From an uncultured Planctomycetota bacterium (GTDB lineage Bacteria; Planctomycetota; Planctomycetia; Isosphaerales; Isosphaeraceae), in NCBI GenBank assembly GCA_963823665.1, contig CAWGMQ010000010.1:512001-576000 (forward strand): a stretch of DNA of 64,000 bases, written 5' to 3'. The position numbers and the translations under genes are program-made. Below the pieces are notes generated by a model. That model had not been told where the DNA came from. It saw nothing but the letters and a program-made list of their open reading frames with translations, and made no database searches. Positions 63,998-64,000 of this stretch are shown here, one piece after another; the stretch's first letter is position 1; every line of letters starts with the position of its first letter.

Positions 63998-64000
63998 CGT

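Noticed and set aside
1..64000. Programmed frameshifting, tRNA/rRNA, integrase or transposase
   Set aside because: No slippery-site pattern, RNA gene or recombinase motif recognised by eye

Overview
GC-rich bacterial DNA with planctomycete-type gene content (DUF1559/H-X9-DG proteins, DUF4058, ECF sigma-Ser/Thr kinase pair, MoxR-DUF58-VWA operon); an Isosphaeraceae-like source is an inference. Many genes carry single-base frameshifts, often at homopolymers, which look like long-read errors. Housekeeping-type genes include a class V aminotransferase, isochorismatase, PPi-type pfk, miaA, an aldo/keto reductase and a CocE hydrolase. Highlights: (1) a secreted thioredoxin-fold protein split by an in-frame TGA giving a CxxU motif, with a SECIS-like hairpin, a perfect LysR box and an adjacent LysR regulator (candidate selenoprotein module, 48.7-50.5 kb); (2) an integrase-less array of degenerate attC-like sites with GCCTGAC/GTCAGGC cores, holding a triplicated membrane-protein gene, a duplicated PemK/MazF TA cassette and a HEPN gene (24.9-29.4 kb); (3) a WD40-Roc-COR-Zn ribbon-metallophosphoesterase Roco protein with an IQIG RHIM-like segment; (4) several dispersed intergenic repeat families, including a filled/empty site pair. 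No rRNA, tRNA or CRISPR array was seen. All family calls come from motif recognition, not database searches.
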